DNA from: an uncultured archaeon
GTDB taxonomy: Archaea; Micrarchaeota; Micrarchaeia; Micrarchaeales; CABMGC01
DNA: 64,000 nt
Direction of reading: 5' to 3'
Assembly: GCA_963752955.1 (NCBI GenBank)
Contig: CAVWAD010000005.1
Span: forward strand, 778 to 64,777
The stretch's first letter is position 1, and every line of letters begins with the position of its first letter. This document shows, one piece after another, positions 37,400-46,629 of this stretch. The notes below the pieces were generated by a model. It was not told the DNA's origin. It did no database searches and saw nothing but the letters and a program-made list of their open reading frames with translations. A program made the position numbers and the translations under genes.

Positions 37400-38587
37400 T
37401 CACTTGTTTTCCAACACCCCAAGAATCGCATCCCTGCTCTGCGGGTCAATCTTCTCCATCAGCAGGTCGACCGCTCGCGTCATTTTGTCCAGCTTCTGTT
37501 TCACTGACTCTAGCTCGTTTACCTCCTCCACCGGACTCACGTCCAGGGGGCTGTGGCACTTGCTGCAGTACTTGGCAGTCATCTCGTTGACTTCCTCGCA
37601 CTTGTAGCAGACCTTTATGGTGAGCCTCGGCTTCGCCGGCTCGCCCCTGCCGATCGTTATGCCGTTCGCCTTCATGACCGCGTCGTCCACGTCCTTGCCG
37701 CTCAGGTGGACGTAGACGGCGGCCATCTGGCTGCCGCCGGTCCAGCCAAAGTACTTCTTGAGCTGCTGCTCGGTCATGCTGTTCGCGTAGACGCTCGCCC
37801 TGCTGTGCCTGAACAGGTGCGGGTGTATGCGCTTCCTTATGCCCGTCCTCTCCTTCAGGTCAGAGAGCAGTTTCCTCACGTTCGGATAGTCGAAGGGATT
37901 CCCGTGGGACGTGAGGAACATGGCGGATTCCGGCGGCAGGCCCCTGCCGCGCTCGTTGAGGTAGTTGGACAGGTAAGGCACCGAGAAGACGAGAGTCACC
38001 CTCCTCTTGCCCGTCTTGCCGTCCACCATCGCGTAGCTGGGGCTTTCCGCGTTCAGGACGATGTCCCTTACCTTGAGGTTCAACAGCTCCCCCACGCGCA
38101 TCCCCGTGTCGTACAGGAGCGATATTATGGCCCTGTCCCTCTGGCTCCTGCACGCGTTTATGAGCCCGGCCACCTCGTCCTCCGTCAGGAGCTCCTCTGG
38201 CAGCTTCATGGACTCCATCTGGTCCACCTTGATCCACTTGACCAGGGCAGGGTAGTCGTCCGCCGAATAGAGCCACTTGTAGAAGCTCTTCAGGGTCTGC
38301 TTTATCTTCCTCAGGCTGTTCACGGCCTTGCCGCTCTTGTTGAGGTACAGAACAAGGCGCTCTATGTCCTCCTTCGTCGCCTTCCTGGCGTCCTTCCCGA
38401 GGTAGGGGAAGACGGCGCGCAGTTCCCTTATCACCCTCGCGACGGTCTGCGGCTTACGGTTGAGCAGCCCCAGCTTCGCGCCGAACGCGAGGACGTAGCC
38501 CCTGTTGGGCTCGGAGAGTTCCTCCGCTACCTTCCTGATCTGCATGGCCAGCACGTATTCGCCTTTGTGCAGGTAGTCCCTTTTCAT
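37400..38587 (-). CDS. tyrosine recombinase / integrase with C-terminal zinc ribbon
   Basis: LLYDTGMRVGEL (box I R), HLFRHSRA ... AAVYVHL (H-x-x-R ... Y), then KVCYKCEEVNEMTAKYCSKCHSPL. Confidence 0.9.
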   Translation of the reverse strand: MKRDYLHKGEYVLAMQIRKVAEELSEPNRGYVLAFGAKLGLLNRKPQTVARVIRELRAVFPYLGKDARKATKEDIERLVLYLNKSGKAVNSLRKIKQTLKSFYKWLYSADDYPALVKWIKVDQMESMKLPEELLTEDEVAGLINACRSQRDRAIISLLYDTGMRVGELLNLKVRDIVLNAESPSYAMVDGKTGKRRVTLVFSVPYLSNYLNERGRGLPPESAMFLTSHGNPFDYPNVRKLLSDLKERTGIRKRIHPHLFRHSRASVYANSMTEQQLKKYFGWTGGSQMAAVYVHLSGKDVDDAVMKANGITIGRGEPAKPRLTIKVCYKCEEVNEMTAKYCSKCHSPLDVSPVEEVNELESVKQKLDKMTRAVDLLMEKIDPQSRDAILGVLENK

Positions 38588-38653
38588 AGATTTTATGTCT
38601 GTTTCGCCCCCTTTATAGGCGGGTTGGCTAAGGGAGTCGCACTTCTGGCTGTC

Positions 38654-38667
38654 CAGCCCTGAGAGGG
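38654..38667. repeat. tRNA-proximal att core
   Basis: CAGCCCTGAGAGGG, identical to 27235-27248. It overlaps the 3' end of tRNA-Thr. Confidence 0.55.
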
Positions 38668-38726
38668 AATTGAACCCTCGACCTCCTGTTTACAAGACAG
38701 GCGCTCTACCACTGAGCTACCAGGGC
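38655..38726 (-). tRNA. tRNA-Thr (anticodon UGU)
   Basis: Hand-folded cloverleaf: GCCCTGG TA GCTC AGTGGT AGAGC G CCTGT CTTGTAA ACAGG AGGTC GAGGG TTCAATT CCCTC TCAGGGC U. No encoded CCA. Confidence 0.9.
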
Positions 38727-38873
38727 GCATCCTGCGTTCTTATCTTATAGCTTAAGACTTTTAATAAAGTATTGACCGCATCGCCACAGGTCCACGCAGG
38801 ACTGGCAGAGTTATAAATAAGATCCCAGACCATTCTACCTTGGGCGCGGGGCTGCCGCGCCATCGGGTCGGCA

Positions 38874-39365
38874 ATGGGCTACTACGTCATCATAAGGGGT
38901 CCCGCGGGAAGCGGCAAGTCCACCGTGAGCGCTCTGCTTTCCGCGAGGATCGGCGCAAGGGAGATGAACTTCGACAAGCTTCTGGTTGACCTGGGCCTGG
39001 ATTACGATGTCTCGGGCAAGGGAGGCATACCCCTTGACAGGTTCCTGAGGATCGACGAGGCCATGCTTCCCGAATTCAGGAGGGAGTTGGCGGGAGGCGG
39101 GAACCTGGTCCTCGACGGCAACTTCTATTACAGGGAACAGATACTCGACCTGCTGGGCAAGCTGGATTTCCCTCACCACATATTCACGCTGAAGGCCAGC
39201 CTCCAGGAGTGCATAAAGCGCGACGGCGGCAGGAAGAGCCCCCTCGGACCCGACGGGACGAGGGCGGTCTTCAACCTTGTGTCCGCCTTCGACTGCGGCA
39301 CGACCGTGGACACCGAAGGCAAAAGCCCGGACGAAGTGGTCGAGGAGATAGTCTCAAAGCTGTAG
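38874..39365 (+). CDS. P-loop kinase (AAA_33/zeta-toxin-like fold)
   Basis: VIIRGPAGSGKSTVSALL Walker A; 163 aa. Confidence 0.55.
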   Translation: MGYYVIIRGPAGSGKSTVSALLSARIGAREMNFDKLLVDLGLDYDVSGKGGIPLDRFLRIDEAMLPEFRRELAGGGNLVLDGNFYYREQILDLLGKLDFPHHIFTLKASLQECIKRDGGRKSPLGPDGTRAVFNLVSAFDCGTTVDTEGKSPDEVVEEIVSKL

Positions 39366-39385
39366 CGGCCATCGATCGGGATGAT

Positions 39386-40108
39386 CTACTTGGACCTCCA
39401 CCGCGTCAGCGGCTTCGCAACCGCGAAGAGGACGACGGTCTCGATGACCAGGACGGGGAGGGCGTACCACAGGTACGGCGTGAGCCCCGCCGCGTTCTGG
39501 AGCATTATCGACGCCAGCATGACCGGCGAGAGCATGAAGACGTAGAGCAGGCCCTTCGGCAGGAGGGTGTAGGGGTAGAAGAGGGGCGGGACCATCGTGA
39601 ATATGACGGAGAGCATGCTAGACAGCGACCATATGTTGCGCATGCGCTTCGGTATCGACGAGACTATGAACCCCAGGCAGGACGTGGTCATCGCGACCAT
39701 CAGCACTATCGCCGCGATCGGGGCCAGCCAGAGAGGCGCGATGATTCCGAACGCCAGGCCGAGCCCCGCGTAGACGAGTATTCCCGGGACGGAGAAGATG
39801 AAGTTGCTCCCGGCGACCCCAAGCATGTAGTCCAGCACGGTCACGTCCGTGGCGATGAAGAGGTCGTGCAGCTTCAGCTCTATCCTGTACCAGGCCGCGT
39901 CGGACATGGTGTACATGGCGCCCGTGGAGGTCACGGAGATCACTCCGCCAAGGATGGCGTAGGGTACATACTTTCCCCCTCCGACCATGCTGAACAGGAA
40001 GAGCAGGGCCAGGGGTATGATCATGTACGCGACCGTGTACGCCTGCGCCTTCCTTATCGAGGAAAGGCCGAAGGTCGTCGCGAACCTCCATATGAACCTA
40101 GAATTCAT
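39386..40108 (-). CDS. ABC-2 type transporter permease
   Basis: Six-TM hydrophobic profile, overlapping the downstream end of an ABC ATPase gene. Confidence 0.8.
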   Translation of the reverse strand: MNSRFIWRFATTFGLSSIRKAQAYTVAYMIIPLALLFLFSMVGGGKYVPYAILGGVISVTSTGAMYTMSDAAWYRIELKLHDLFIATDVTVLDYMLGVAGSNFIFSVPGILVYAGLGLAFGIIAPLWLAPIAAIVLMVAMTTSCLGFIVSSIPKRMRNIWSLSSMLSVIFTMVPPLFYPYTLLPKGLLYVFMLSPVMLASIMLQNAAGLTPYLWYALPVLVIETVVLFAVAKPLTRWRSK

Positions 40109-40955
40109 AGTCCTCGCCCGCCTTCGGCTTCTCCCCCTTCATTATGAAGAGGTCCTCCAGTCCGATCTGCTTCACCTTGTAGCCCTTCGCTGCGTACCTA
40201 TTCGCCTCGCTTACATCCACGTAGGATATCGCGAGCCCGCCGATCCTGTGCTGGCCCCTCGCCCTGGACTCGGTCTCCACCCGCACCTTCCCCTTCATCC
40301 TCTTCAGGAGCCCCTCTATCGTCCCGTGCGCCTTCACCCTTCCCTCGTCTATGAGGACGATGTCGTCCGTGAGTTCCGCCGCCTCGTCCAGGTAGTGCGT
40401 CGTTAGCACCATGTTGCCCTTCAGCTTCTTCAGGGCCGACCACACCTCTATCCGCGATATGGGATCCAGGCCGACGGTCGGCTCGTCGAGGAAGACCAGG
40501 TCCGCCTTCGACGCCACGGCCATCGCCACGAAGATCTTCCTCTTCATGCCGCCGGAGAGCTCGTCGGCCGACTTGTCCCTGTACTCCCACATGCCGAGCT
40601 GCCTGAGCACGCGCCTTATCACCCTCTCAGCTTCCCACGACGGCATTCTCCTGGCGCTCAGGTAGACCTGCAGGTGCTCCGTCGGGGTGAGGTATCCCAT
40701 CGGCATCGCCTCCTGCGGTATGCTGACTATGCTCTTCCTGATGTATTCTGCATCAGTTATCACGTCGCGGCCGTCGATCGTCGCGGTCCCGCCCGTAGGA
40801 AGGAGCTGGGTGGAGAGTATCCTTAGCAGGGTCGTCTTCCCAGCGCCGTTCCTTCCTAGGATGGCGGTGGACCTCGCCTTCAGGTCCATGGAGACGCCCC
40901 AGAGGGCGTGCGTCCCGTCCTTGTAGCTCTTACTGAGATTCCTTATCCGTATCAT
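40098..40955 (-). CDS. ABC transporter ATP-binding protein
   Basis: GRNGAGKTT, LSGGMKRKI and LVFLDEPTVGLD. Confidence 0.9.
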   Translation of the reverse strand: MIRIRNLSKSYKDGTHALWGVSMDLKARSTAILGRNGAGKTTLLRILSTQLLPTGGTATIDGRDVITDAEYIRKSIVSIPQEAMPMGYLTPTEHLQVYLSARRMPSWEAERVIRRVLRQLGMWEYRDKSADELSGGMKRKIFVAMAVASKADLVFLDEPTVGLDPISRIEVWSALKKLKGNMVLTTHYLDEAAELTDDIVLIDEGRVKAHGTIEGLLKRMKGKVRVETESRARGQHRIGGLAISYVDVSEANRYAAKGYKVKQIGLEDLFIMKGEKPKAGEDYEF

Positions 40956-41089
40956 GTCCGAACCGCCTTTATCGCGCGTGTCCCAAGGCGAACTCTGCCG
41001 CGCTTAACATTATCCTATCGCCTAAAACTCTTAATAAAGTATTGTACCGACGCGAATTCGCGTCGTCCGTAAGATTGGGCCGGATTCAG

Positions 41090-42085
41090 TCACGAATGCG
41101 CGTTTTTCAGGTATGCCGAGAACCTGGATGCCACGTCCTCGATCCTTTCCTTTCCCTCGACCTCCCCGACCATGAACCCGGGCAGGCTGTCCAGGCCGTA
41201 CCTGCCCCCGAGGATACCGGTGCAGATCGAGGCGACGGAGTCCACGTCCCCGCCGAGGTTTATCGCGCCCTTCAGGCCCGAGAAGGCGTCTTTCGCGCTC
41301 CTCGTTATGTACAGAACCGCTCCCGCGACCCTCATCGCGGAGTTCGGCAGTCCCCTTACTGCCCTGTCCTTGAAATACGGGAGGGGCTGGGGGCCGCAGA
41401 GCGTTTCGAAATCCGCTTCGGTAAGATTCTTCTGATCGGGCAGCCTTTCAATTCTATCAAGATACCCGAGCGTCTCCCTCTCCGTTATGAAGCCCCTGCA
41501 GTACTCGAAGACGCCCTCGGGGTCGCCCTTCTTCGCTATCATGTATTCGGAGGCCCTGGCGACCAGTATGCTCGCGGCCCTCGCCTTCTCGGCCCTGTTG
41601 GTCGCATCGGCGTTGATGACCGCGTACCCGTTTATCAGGTCGTGGCCGACCAGTCCCAGTGGGACCGCGCGCATCACCTGACTGCAACCCGGATCGTCCA
41701 TCGCGCCGGGCGCCGCCTTTATCTCATCGATAGTCTTTCTCCCCTCGTACCATTCCTTTATCGTTCCGTGGCCCTGCCTCGGGAATCCCCTGGCCTTCCT
41801 ATCGTTCTCGTACTCCCTTTTCCACATTCTCAGCAGGAGTTCCCGGGAGAACGGCTCCCGGCTCATCAGGGCCTCCATCAGCCCGATGCTGTGCTCGGTG
41901 TCGTCGGAGTAGAATCCGGGCTCGTAGCCCTCGGCGTACTTTCCTTCCCTCCTGCTGACGAACCCGGTGAAGTCTACGTTCTTCCTTATCCAGTCCCTGT
42001 CCTGGAACTCTATTCCCAGGCCGAACGCGTCCCCGACCGCGATTCCCAGCAGCATGTCCCTGATTTTTCCCTTCTCCAAGTGCAA
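41090..42085 (-). CDS. ADP-ribosylglycohydrolase family protein
   Basis: MLLGIAVGDAFGLGIEF ... YSDDTEHS ... GGDVDSVASI motifs. Confidence 0.85.
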   Translation of the reverse strand: MHLEKGKIRDMLLGIAVGDAFGLGIEFQDRDWIRKNVDFTGFVSRREGKYAEGYEPGFYSDDTEHSIGLMEALMSREPFSRELLLRMWKREYENDRKARGFPRQGHGTIKEWYEGRKTIDEIKAAPGAMDDPGCSQVMRAVPLGLVGHDLINGYAVINADATNRAEKARAASILVARASEYMIAKKGDPEGVFEYCRGFITERETLGYLDRIERLPDQKNLTEADFETLCGPQPLPYFKDRAVRGLPNSAMRVAGAVLYITRSAKDAFSGLKGAINLGGDVDSVASICTGILGGRYGLDSLPGFMVGEVEGKERIEDVASRFSAYLKNAHS

Positions 42086-42103
42086 GGCCTCCTCGTCAAG
42101 CGG

Positions 42104-42859
42104 TCAGACGTCCCTCCACCTGTTCTTCTTCAGCGCCACGAAGAGGATTATCGCGGAGAGCGCGAGCATCACCGCCCAGTCCGCGCAGATGTTGGCCGCG
42201 GATATTGCGAGGACGCCGGCCCCGCTCTGGGCTATCTGCGCCGCGTACGTCGTCGGCGAGAGGTACGCCAGGTACCTGTACGGCAGTGGGAGGTACGTTA
42301 TCGGGTAGTAGACGGGAGGTATCGTCGAGAGCAGCGTGGACAGCATCGCGCCGAAGGCGTAGCTCTGCACGATGTCCGAGGACAGGTTGGCGAAGAGGAA
42401 GCCGACCGAGGCCGAGAAGAGGAACATCATCAGCGCGGCGCCGACTATGGCGAGCCATCCCGCCAGGCTGGTGTGTATGAAGATGACCGCGAGGATGCTC
42501 AGCACGACCAGGGCGGGCAGCGCGTAGACCAGCTCCGAGAGCGCCATTCCCAGCAGGTATATGCCTGGCCCGGTCTCCGAGCTTATGACCATGTCCTGCA
42601 GCTTCATGTCGTTCTTCAGGTGCGAGAGGTCGCCCTGCATCCCGATCCCCGCCGAGACCATGCTCATTATTATGCCCCCGATTATCGCCACCCCGATGAG
42701 GCTGCCCTGGCTCACGAACGTTATCACTATCAGCAGCGAGAACGGCGCCAGGAACGCGTTCAGCATCATTACCGGGTAGTTTATCATTGCGTAGAGCGAG
42801 TTCACTAGGATCGAGGCCAGCAGCTGGCTCCCGACGTTAATATTCCTCTTCCTTCTCAT
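42104..42859 (-). CDS. ABC-2 type transporter permease
   Basis: Multi-TM protein overlapping the ATPase gene end. It has the same organisation as 39386-40108. Confidence 0.8.
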   Translation of the reverse strand: MRRKRNINVGSQLLASILVNSLYAMINYPVMMLNAFLAPFSLLIVITFVSQGSLIGVAIIGGIIMSMVSAGIGMQGDLSHLKNDMKLQDMVISSETGPGIYLLGMALSELVYALPALVVLSILAVIFIHTSLAGWLAIVGAALMMFLFSASVGFLFANLSSDIVQSYAFGAMLSTLLSTIPPVYYPITYLPLPYRYLAYLSPTTYAAQIAQSGAGVLAISAANICADWAVMLALSAIILFVALKKNRWRDV

Positions 42860-43766
42860 TCTCCTCAGACTCGTTCAATCCGCTCTTGACGTAGTAATAG
42901 AATATGTCGTCCAGCGACACGGGGTTTATCGAGAAGCTTATCCCCCGAGCCAGGAGCTTCTTCGAGATATCGTACGCGCCCTTCTCGCTGATGAACACCT
43001 GCGTGTACCCGTCCTTTCCCACGGTCCTCCTCCCGTCGACCTTTCCCAGGTTCACCCTTCCCTTGAACCTGACGCTGTGTGAGTACCTCATGCCCTTCCT
43101 GAGCGACTCCAGGCTGCCCATCGCGAGTATCTTCCCGTCGTGCATTATCGCTATCGTGTCGGCGAGCCTCTCCGCCTCCTCCAGGTAGTGCGTCGTGAGG
43201 AATATGAAGTGCGTCCTCTTCAGCCTGGACAGGAGCTCCCAGAGCTCCTCCCTGGCTATGGGGTCCAGCCCGGTGGTCGGCTCGTCCAGAAAGAGCATTC
43301 TCGCCCCGGACGCGATCGCAGCGGCAGCCAGCACCTTCCTCTTCGTGCCCCCGGAGAGCGCCTGGTTCTTCTCGTTCGCGTACTTCTCTATGCCAAGCTG
43401 CGCGAGGGCCCTCCTCGCCATCGCGTTGGCCTCCCTGAAGCCGTAGCCGCGCCAGAGCAGGTAGGTCTGTATCTCCTGCGCCGCGCTTATCCAGCCCACG
43501 GTCCTCGCCTCCTGCGGCACGACGGCGATCATGCTCCGTATCGGCACGGGATCCTTCATCACGTCGAACCCGTCCACCGTGGCCGTGCCCGAGGTGAGCG
43601 CCAGCTGCGTGGCGAGTATGCGCACCAGCGTGGTCTTTCCGGCGCCGTTCCTGCCGATCAGCGCGAATATCCCCTTCGCAGGGATGGACAGGTTTACCGA
43701 GTCCAGGGCGAGCCTGTCGCTGCCGCGGTACTTCTTCGTGAGGTTCTCGCACTTTATGACGTTCAA
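42837..43766 (-). CDS. ABC transporter ATP-binding protein
   Basis: GRNGAGKTT, LSGGTKRKV and MLFLDEPTTGLD. Confidence 0.9.
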   Translation of the reverse strand: MNVIKCENLTKKYRGSDRLALDSVNLSIPAKGIFALIGRNGAGKTTLVRILATQLALTSGTATVDGFDVMKDPVPIRSMIAVVPQEARTVGWISAAQEIQTYLLWRGYGFREANAMARRALAQLGIEKYANEKNQALSGGTKRKVLAAAAIASGARMLFLDEPTTGLDPIAREELWELLSRLKRTHFIFLTTHYLEEAERLADTIAIMHDGKILAMGSLESLRKGMRYSHSVRFKGRVNLGKVDGRRTVGKDGYTQVFISEKGAYDISKKLLARGISFSINPVSLDDIFYYYVKSGLNESEENEKEEEY

Positions 43767-43883
43767 CTGGACACCTAGCGGTAACCGCTATCTATCAGAA
43801 TCAAAATATAAAAGCCTGAGCGCTGGCGGCCGCGCTCAGGTCCGGCGCTGATCATTTCACGAATTAACCTTATAAACGGGGAG

Positions 43884-44630
43884 ATGCGAGATTTATCCGA
43901 TGTGATGAAAGAGGTCAGCAAAGTCGCCAGCCCGACTGAATTCAAGGTGCTCGAAGAGCTGTGCAGGACCCTGATGAACGATACGAAGCAGAGGCTTGTC
44001 CCCCATGCCTCAGCCGCCTATGGAGGAATGCATCCGTGCGGCTGCATTGGCGTCAACCCGACGTTCGCGCACTTCCTGATTCAGGCACACAGGCAGGGCT
44101 TTGACGACGGAATCCAGTTTTTCATCAATCACGAGAAAGGCCACAGGGCGCATGGCGAGTTCGGGGGGCGTTTCACGGCAGAAGGACTCTTTGCTGCCAA
44201 GTATTTCGATACGAGTTACGAGGACATCCGCAATTTTGTCAGTCACGTCAAGTCAGAGCACAGCGAAGGAGAGTTCGATTACGTGGCTGTCAAGGTCAAT
44301 GCCTTATATGACCTCCTCGGAATGCAGGACCCTGCCGTAGAACGCGAGGCCGATATGTACGCGTTGGAAATGGCGGAGAAACCCGTCGAAGCCATCTCCT
44401 CCCTGATGGCGATACTTGTCATAACCTCGTGCGAGCGTCAAACTGCGCTCTGCCAAGAAATAAGAGGGTGCGGTCTGCACATTACCGATGTTTTTATTGC
44501 GCAGTATTTTGACAGCCATGATTTGCGATCTGCCTTCTCCAATGCAGAATTAATCGAGGTGTGCCAAAAGGCTTCGGCAAAGTTTAATGCTTTGGGCGGC
44601 AATTATGCGCTTGACCTGCTGAGGTACTAG
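43884..44630 (+). CDS. putative zinc metallopeptidase (HExxH, M48-like)
   Basis: FINHEKGHRAHGE followed downstream by VEREADMYALE (E..AD third-ligand-like motif). Confidence 0.45.
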   Translation: MRDLSDVMKEVSKVASPTEFKVLEELCRTLMNDTKQRLVPHASAAYGGMHPCGCIGVNPTFAHFLIQAHRQGFDDGIQFFINHEKGHRAHGEFGGRFTAEGLFAAKYFDTSYEDIRNFVSHVKSEHSEGEFDYVAVKVNALYDLLGMQDPAVEREADMYALEMAEKPVEAISSLMAILVITSCERQTALCQEIRGCGLHITDVFIAQYFDSHDLRSAFSNAELIEVCQKASAKFNALGGNYALDLLRY

Positions 44631-44677
44631 CTCAGCCGATGCAATCTCCTTGGAATCCTCTCCGAACAGTTTTCGCC

Positions 44678-45397
44678 CTACTTCTCCGCGCCCCGCGGGT
44701 ACTTGTAGCCGCTGATGAAATCGAAGCTGCACGTGCACGGCGCGTTCTTGCAGACGTGGCAGTTGAACGGAAACATCTTCTCCAGTTCCTCCGGACAGTC
44801 CACGCCGAGGGAATTGAAGACTCCCATGACGCACGAGTAGAAGTCGGCGGCCTCCAGGAGTATGTGCTCGAACTCGGCTTCCCTGTGGCTGCCCAGGTAT
44901 ATGTGGAACGTCTCGGACAGCTCGCCGACCTCCTCCGCCAGGTGAATCCCGGCATCTTGAAGGGTCCTGCTCTCCGGGGGATAGATCCTGCGAAACATCT
45001 CCTGATATTCCCTGATGGTCTTCGGGCGCATCGATTCCCTGCCCTTCACCGCCACCCTCCTTTCCACCTTCTCCGCCTTGCACGCGCACGGCATCTTGCC
45101 GCAGTAGGAGCAGAGGTAGGGGAACCGGTGCCAAACGATGTCGTCCACGTCTATGTGCAGCCTGTTCATCAGCGAGGTGTACCAGCTCAGCGATATCAGT
45201 AAGTTTACCTTCACCGTTTCCGCATCCTTCTTTCTTATCCCCTTTATGCTACGCATCGAGAACTTCTGCATGTTCGCGAGCATGTCCCATACGGAGTAGC
45301 CCCTGTCGTTTGGAACGCCGTAGACCGCGTCAACGAAGTCAGCGTACTGCCGCATCGTCGCGTCCCTCGACACGGAGAACGTCCTCTTGGCCTCCAT
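44678..45397 (-). CDS. tandem MazG-like all-alpha NTP-pyrophosphohydrolase-like protein with two Cys knuckles
   Basis: The second half has LAEEVGELSE...LLEAADFY. Both halves end in FP(Y/F)xCxxCxxxPCxC (YLCSYCGKMPCAC and NCHVCKNAPCTC). Confidence 0.5.
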   Translation of the reverse strand: MEAKRTFSVSRDATMRQYADFVDAVYGVPNDRGYSVWDMLANMQKFSMRSIKGIRKKDAETVKVNLLISLSWYTSLMNRLHIDVDDIVWHRFPYLCSYCGKMPCACKAEKVERRVAVKGRESMRPKTIREYQEMFRRIYPPESRTLQDAGIHLAEEVGELSETFHIYLGSHREAEFEHILLEAADFYSCVMGVFNSLGVDCPEELEKMFPFNCHVCKNAPCTCSFDFISGYKYPRGAEK

Positions 45398-45528
45398 CTT
45401 ACCATATTCGCTTTGAATCCAAACCCTTAAATTGATTCTGAAAAGTCGAAGCAGCCCTCCCCTGTGCTTTAGGATAAGTCATAAGCCCGAGACGCCACTA
45501 CCGTTTCAGATACGCCCTCGCCCATTGC

Positions 45529-46404
45529 CTAAGAGGATGGATAGGGTGGCGTGCTTCCGTCGCACTCGATACCGGCAGCGGTGCTATAGGCCTCGTCCCC
45601 CTGGGACATCGGATCGTTGGCGCAAAGATTCTCCGGCGTGCGCGGGCCGGCCAGGGCGCCCCCCCTAAGGTATACGATTACCGTGCCGCCTGTATTGAGA
45701 TATATCTTATTCCACCATACGCTGTCGCCATTAGTGGCAGCATAAATGGTTAATTTGTACGCGTCATTGCCCGGTATGAGCAACGTAACGGTATCGGCGC
45801 CATTATTGGCGGCTATCGCATAAGTCGTATTGAACGTCTGATTGGTGCTCAGATCCACCGCGGCGTATTTTACGATCTGGCTTGCATAATAATTGTGGAC
45901 CTGCAGGTAAGTGGGATATAGCGTTATCGGATTGCCCGTGGGCGTGAGGGGCGCGGCCTGCTGCGCGGCTGCCGAAGCCTCTGTCAGCCGGCTCTGGTTT
46001 GATACGTAAGTGCTCTGGCCTCCTATGTCGTAGTAGCCGGTTCCCACGAATCCCTGGTCCGCGCTGTAGGGATTGGATGACGACCCGGCCTGCGGGCTCT
46101 GGAACACGTTATTGGATAGGTAGGGCATGACGAACAGGTATAAGCAGGCGGCAAAAAATATTATGAAGAAGAACGTGGCCAACCTGGCTCCGGTGGATGA
46201 AGCGGCCTGGTGGGACTGCTTGGCCGCGAAGGGCTTGGCGGCTTCGGCAGCGGTTCCTTCTTCCAGGTCGGCCTTCATCTCAAGGTACTTCTTCCTAGTT
46301 ATCTTCCCCTGTACGTACCGCTGCTTTAGTAGCGCAAGATCGTCATCCTCTGCCAAGCCTTCACCGAAGATACTAAAGAACGAAGGATTAAGAGCTTTTC
46401 CCAT
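45529..46404 (-). CDS. SHOCT-domain membrane protein
   Basis: LLKQRYVQGKITRKKYLEMKADL (SHOCT-like), one TM (LATFFFIIFFAACLYLFVM), then an extracytoplasmic domain. Confidence 0.5.
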   Translation of the reverse strand: MGKALNPSFFSIFGEGLAEDDDLALLKQRYVQGKITRKKYLEMKADLEEGTAAEAAKPFAAKQSHQAASSTGARLATFFFIIFFAACLYLFVMPYLSNNVFQSPQAGSSSNPYSADQGFVGTGYYDIGGQSTYVSNQSRLTEASAAAQQAAPLTPTGNPITLYPTYLQVHNYYASQIVKYAAVDLSTNQTFNTTYAIAANNGADTVTLLIPGNDAYKLTIYAATNGDSVWWNKIYLNTGGTVIVYLRGGALAGPRTPENLCANDPMSQGDEAYSTAAGIECDGSTPPYPSS

Positions 46405-46486
46405 AAGGGAATGCTTCGCGCAGGTCCCTGAGAGGCTGGAAAGCAGATGTCAGGCAGCCCTCCCTTATGCATTATGATAAGTGGTA

Positions 46487-46558
46487 AGCCCCGAGAGGGA
46501 ATTGAACCCCCGACCTACTGCTTACGAGACAGTCGCTCTACCACTGAGCTACCGGGGC
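46487..46558 (-). tRNA. tRNA-Thr (anticodon CGU)
   Basis: Hand fold: GCCCCGG TA GCTC AGTGGT AGAGC G ACTGT CTCGTAA GCAGT AGGTC GGGGG TTCAATT CCCTC TCGGGGC U. Confidence 0.9.
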
Positions 46559-46629
46559 GCATCGCGAATCGTAGATAGCTATAAATAAATATGATAGTAA
46601 GCATAAATAAATATTCCCGATGGGTTTGG

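Larger units (their letters stand above)
27235..38667. mobile_element. integrative element (integrated plasmid / defence island) in tRNA-Thr(UGU)
   Basis: 14-bp direct repeat CAGCCCTGAGAGGG at both ends, a tyrosine integrase next to the tRNA-proximal repeat, and compositionally distinct interior. Confidence 0.6.

Noticed and set aside
38755-41047. Shared ~20-bp sequence CT(T/C)TTAATAAAGTATTG(T)ACCG at 38755-38775 (upstream of tRNA-Thr) and 41026-41047 (upstream of the ABC operon), considered as a mobile-element scar.
   Set aside because: On the minus strand it reads as a BRE/TATA-type promoter (AATACTTTATTAA) at a sensible distance from both transcription units. It is most simply a strong promoter consensus.
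46487-46558. tRNA-Thr(CGU) as a second integration site, since its 3' half resembles that of tRNA-Thr(UGU).
   Set aside because: There is no integrase nearby, and I found no second copy of its 3'-end sequence (GCCCCGAGAGGG) in the window.
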